A DNA stretch of 64,000 bases from the NCBI GenBank assembly GCA_964057225.1, contig OZ059897.1:5208001-5272000 (forward strand), written 5' to 3'. A program made the translations under genes and the position numbers. This document shows positions 58,901 to 64,000 of the stretch, in pieces. Below the pieces are notes generated by a model. The model did not search any database. It was given only the letters and a program-made list of their open reading frames with translations, and was not told where the DNA came from. The stretch's first letter is position 1. Each line of letters opens with the position of its first letter. Origin of the DNA: Auanema rhodensis (lineage: Eukaryota; Animalia; Nematoda).

Positions 58901-61900
58901 AATTTGTTTTTAGACTAATATGGACATGGGGAATCTAATTTCAAAAACCGCATCTCTTTATCTTTCACGTGAAGCAAGTTACATACCAAGTGCACATCAC
59001 GTGTACATTTAATTAGCATAAATTAAAGTTCACGTAAATTTCAAAGTCATGGTTACCATGCACCAATATCAATAAAAATTTGTTTTTAGACTAATATGGA
59101 CATGTGGAATCTAATTTTGAAAACCGCATCTCTTTATCTTTCACGTGAAGCAAGTTACATACCAAGTGCACAGCACGTGTACATTTAATTAGCATAAATT
59201 AAAGCTCACGTAAATTTCAAAGTCATGGTTACCATGCAATAATATCAATAAAAATTTGTTTTTAGACTAATATGGACATGGGGAATCTAATTTTGAAAAC
59301 CGCATCTCTTTATCTTTCACGTGAAGCAAGTTACATACCAAGTGCACATCACGTGTACATTTAATTAGCATAAATTAAAGTTCACGTAAATTTCAAAGTC
59401 ATGGTTACCATGCACCAATATCAATAAAAATTTGTTTTTAGACTAATATGGACATGGGGAATCTAATTTTGAAAACCGCATCTCTTTATCTTTCACGTGA
59501 AGCAAGTTACATACCAAGTGCACATCACGTGCACATTTAATTAGCATAAATTAAAGTTCACGTAAATTTCAAAGTCATGGTTACCATGCACCAATATCAA
59601 TAAAAATTTGTTTTTAGACTAATATGGACATGGGGAATCTAATTTTGAAAACCGCATCTCTTTATCTTTCACGTGAAGCAAGTTACATACCAAGTGCACA
59701 TCACGTGCACATTTAATTAGCATAAATTAAAGTTCACGTAAATTTCGAAGTCATGGTTACCATGCACCAATATCAATAAAAATTTGTTTTTAGACTAATA
59801 TGGACATGGGGAATCTAATTTTGAAAACCGCATCTCTTTATCTTTCACGTGAAGCAAGTTACATACCAAGTGCACATCACGTGTACATTTAATTAGCATA
59901 AATTAAAGTTCACGTAAATTTCAAAGTCATGGTTACCATGCACCAATATCAATAAAAATTTGTTTTTAGACTAATATGGACATGGGGAATCTAATTTTGA
60001 AAACCGCATCTCTTTATCTTTCACGTGAAGCAAGTTACATACCAAGTGCACATCACGTGCACATTTAATTAGCATAAATTAAAGTTCACGTAAATTTCAA
60101 AGTCATGGTTACCATGCACTAATATCAATAAAAATTTGTTTTTAGACTAATATGGACATGGGGAATCTAATTTTGAAAACCGCATCTCTTTATCTTTCAC
60201 GTGAAGCAAGTTACATACCAAGTGCACATCACGTGCACATTTAATTAGCATAAATTAAAGTTCACGTAAATTTCAAAGTCATGGTTACCATGCACCAATA
60301 TCAATAAAAATTTGTTTTTAGACTAATATGGACATGAGGAATCTAATTTTGAAAACCGCATCTCTTTATCTTTCACGTGAAGCAAGTTACATACCAAGTG
60401 CACATCACGTGCACATTTAATTAGCATAAATTAAAGTTCACGTAAATTTCAAAGTCATGGTTACCATGCACCAATATCAATAAAAATTTGTTTTTAGACT
60501 AATATGGACATGGGGAATCTAATTTTGAAAACCGCATCTCTTTATCTTTCACGTGAAGCAAGTTACATACCAAGTGCACATCACGTGCACATTTAATTAG
60601 CATAAATTAAAGTTCACGTAAATTTCAAAGTCATGGTTACCATGCACCAAAATCAATAAAAATTTGTTTTTAGACTAATATGGACATGGGGAATCTAATT
60701 TTGAAAACCGCATCTCTTTATCTTTCACGTGAAGCAAGTTACATACCAAGTGCACATCACGTGCACATTTAATTAGCATAAATTAAAGTTCACGTAAATT
60801 TCAAAGTCATGGTTACCATGCACCAATATCAATAAAAATTTGTTTTTAGACTAATATGGACATGGGGAATCTAATTTTGAAAACCGCATCTCTTTATCTT
60901 TCACGTGAAGCAAGTTACATACCAAGTGCACATCACGTGTACATTTAATTAGCATAAATTAAAGTTCACGTAAATTTTAAAGTCATGGTTACCATGCACC
61001 AATATCAATAAAAATTTGTTTTTAGACTAATATGGACATGGGGAATCTAATTTTGAAAACCGCATCTCTTTATCTTTCACGTGAAGCAAGTTACATACCA
61101 AGTGCACATCACGTGCACATTTAATTAGCATAAATTAAAGTTCACGTAAATTTCAAAGTCATGGTTACCATGCACCAATATCAATAAAAATTTGTTTTTA
61201 GACTAATATGGACATGGGGAATCTAATTTTAAAAACCGCATCTCTTTATCTTTCACGTGAAGCAAGTTACATACCAAGTGCACATCACGTGTACATTTAA
61301 TTAGCATAAATTAAAGTTCACTTAAATTTCAAAGTCATGGTTACCATGCACCAATATCAATAAAAATTTGTTTTTAGACTAATATGGACATGTGGAATCT
61401 AATTTTGAAAACCGCATCTCTTTATCTTTCACGTGAAGTGAGTTACATACCAAGTGCACAGCACGTGTACATTTAATTAGCATTAATTAAAGTTCACGTA
61501 AATTTCAAAGTCATGGTTACCATGCACTAATATCAATAAAAATTTGTTTTTAGATTAATATGGACATGGGGAATCTAATTTTGAAAACCGCATCTCTTTA
61601 TCTTTCACGTGAAGCAAGTTACATACCAAGTGCACAGCACGTGTACATTTAATTAGCATAAATTAAAGTTCACGTAAATTTCAAAGTCATCGTTACCATG
61701 CACCAATATCAATAAAAATTTGTTTTTAGACTAATATGGACATGGGGAATCTAATTTTGAAAACCGCATCTCTTTATCTTTCACGTGAAGCGAGTTACAT
61801 ACCAAGTGCACATCACGTGTACATTTAATTAGCATAAATTAAAGTTCACGTAAATTTCAAAGTCATGGTTACCATGCACCAATATCAATAAAAATTTGTT

Positions 61901-64000
61901 TTTAGACTAATATGGACATGGGGAATCTAAATTTAAAAACCGCATCTCTTTATCTTTCACGTGAAGCGAGTTACATACCAAGTGCACATCACGTGTACAT
62001 TTAATTAGCATAAATTAAAGTTCACGTAAATTTCAAAGTCATGGTTACCATGCACCAATGTCAATAAAAATTTGTTTTTAGACTAATATGGACATGGGGA
62101 ATCTAATTTTAAAAACCGCATCTCTTTATCTTTCACGTGAAGTGAGTTACATACCAAGTGCACATCACGTGTACATTTAATTAGCATAAATTAAAGTTCA
62201 CGTAAATTTCAAAGTCATGGTTACCATGCACCAATATCAATAAAAATTTGTTTTTAGACTAATATGGACATGGGGAATCTAATTTTAAAAACCGCATCTC
62301 TTTATCTTTCACGTGAAGTGAGTTACATACCAAGTGCACATCACGTGTACATTTAATTAGCATAAATTAAAGTTCACGTAAATTTCAAAGTCATGGTTAC
62401 CATGCACCAATATCAATAAAAATTTGTTTTTAGACTAATATGGACATGTGGAATCTAATTTTAAAAACCGCATCTCTTTATCTTTCACGTGAAGCAAGTT
62501 ACATACCAAGTGCACATCACGTGTACATTTAATTAGCATAAATTAAAGTTCACGTAAATTTCAAAGTCATGGTTACCATGCACCAATATCAATAAAAATT
62601 TGTTTTTAGACTAATATGGACATGGGGAATCTAATTTCAAAAACCGCATCTCTTTATCTTTCACGTGAAGCAAGTTACATACCAAGTGCACATCACGTGT
62701 ACATTTAATTAGCATAAATTAAAGTTCACGTAAATTTCAAAGTCATGGTTACCATGCACCAATATCAATAAAAATTTGTTTTTAGACTAATATGGACATG
62801 TGGAATCTAATTTTGAAAACCGCATCTCTTTATCTTTCACGTGAAGTGAGTTACATACCAAGTGCACATCACGTGTACATTTAATTAGCATAAATTAAAG
62901 TTCACGTAAATTTCAAAGTCATGGTTACCATGCACCAATATCAATAAAAATTTGTTTTTAGACTAATATGGACATGGGGAATCTAATTTTGAAAACCGCA
63001 TCTCTTTATCTTTCACGTGAAGCAAGTTACATACCAAGTGCACAGCACGTGTACATTTAATTAGCATAAATTAAAGTTCACGTAAATTTCAAAGTCATGG
63101 TTACCATGCACCAATATCAATAAAAATTTGTTTTTAGACTAATATGGACATGGGGAATCTAATTTTGAAAACCGCATCTCTTTATCTTTCACGTGAAGCA
63201 AGTTACATACCAAGTGCACAGCACGTGTACATTTAATTAGCATAAATTAAAGTTCACGTAAATTTCAAAGTCATGGTTACCATGCACCAATATCAATAAA
63301 AATTTGTTTTTAGACTAATATGGACATGGGGAATCTAATTTTGAAAACCGCATCTCTTTATCTTTCACGTGAAGCAAGTTACATACCAAGTGCACAGCAC
63401 GTGTACATTTAATTAGCATAAATTAAAGTTCACGTAAATTTCAAAGTCATGGTTACCATGCACCAATATCAATAAAAATTTGTTTTTAGACTAATATGGA
63501 CATGGGGAATCTAATTTTGAAAACCGCATCTCTTTATCTTTCACGTGAAGCAAGTTACATACCAAGTGCACATCACGTGCACATTTAATTAGCATAAATT
63601 AAAGTTCACGTAAATTTCGAAGTCATGGTTACCATGCACCAATATCAATAAAAATTTGTTTTTAGACTAATATGGACATGGGGAATCTAATTTTGAAAAC
63701 CGCATCTCTTTATCTTTCACGTGAAGCAAGTTACATACCAAGTGCACATCACGTGTACATTTAATTAGCATAAATTAAAGTTCACGTAAATTTCAAAGTC
63801 ATGGTTACCATGCACCAATATCAATAAAAATTTGTTTTTAGACTAATATGGACATGGGGAATCTAATTTTGAAAACCGCATCTCTTTATCTTTCACGTGA
63901 AGCAAGTTACATACCAAGTGCACATCACGTGCACATTTAATTAGCATAAATTAAAGTTCACGTAAATTTCAAAGTCATGGTTACCATGCACTAATATCAA

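Larger units (their letters stand above)
1..64000. repeat. Satellite DNA tandem array, 176-bp monomer, about 364 copies, probably centromeric or pericentromeric
   Basis: TTTCACGTGAAG recurs at 1, 177, 353, 529 and onward to 63891 with a 176-bp period. All copies are in the same orientation and no foreign sequence interrupts them. The array runs off both window ends. Centromeric location is inferred only. Confidence 0.99.

Noticed and set aside
1-64000. CRISPR array, suggested by regularly spaced palindromic repeats
   Set aside because: There are no unique spacers. The entire 176 bp is repeated, and there are no cas genes or leader.
1-64000. Long repetitive protein-coding gene
   Set aside because: 176 is not a multiple of 3, so any frame cycles through all phases, and stop-rich segments such as TTTAATTAGCATAAATTAAAG close frames on both strands.

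Overview
The whole 64 kb window is one uninterrupted, single-orientation, head-to-tail satellite DNA array. The monomer is 176 bp and about 32% GC, with about 364 copies. Consensus: TTTCACGTGAAGCRAGTTACATACCAAGTGCACATCACGTGYACATTTAATTAGCATAAATTAAAGTTCACGTAAATTTCAAAGTCATGGTTACCATGCACCAATATCAATAAAAATTTGTTTTTAGACTAATATGGACATGGGGAATCTAATTTTRAAAACCGCATCTCTTTATC. I found no genes, RNA genes, transposons, CRISPR spacers or inversions. Monomer length, AT richness and homogeneity (usually 0-4 differences from consensus) fit a eukaryotic centromeric or pericentromeric satellite, but I cannot assign a family or organism. The information lies in the variants. They define three haplotype domains (about 1-9 kb mixed, 9-32 kb GCGAG with 171/177-bp monomers, 32-64 kb GCAAG) and nested higher-order repeats of 3, 4, 5, 6, 7, 18, 19-21 and 31 monomers. 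The monomer is also dense in palindromes and CACGTG motifs, and several variants improve or preserve those inverted repeats. All counts were made by eye.
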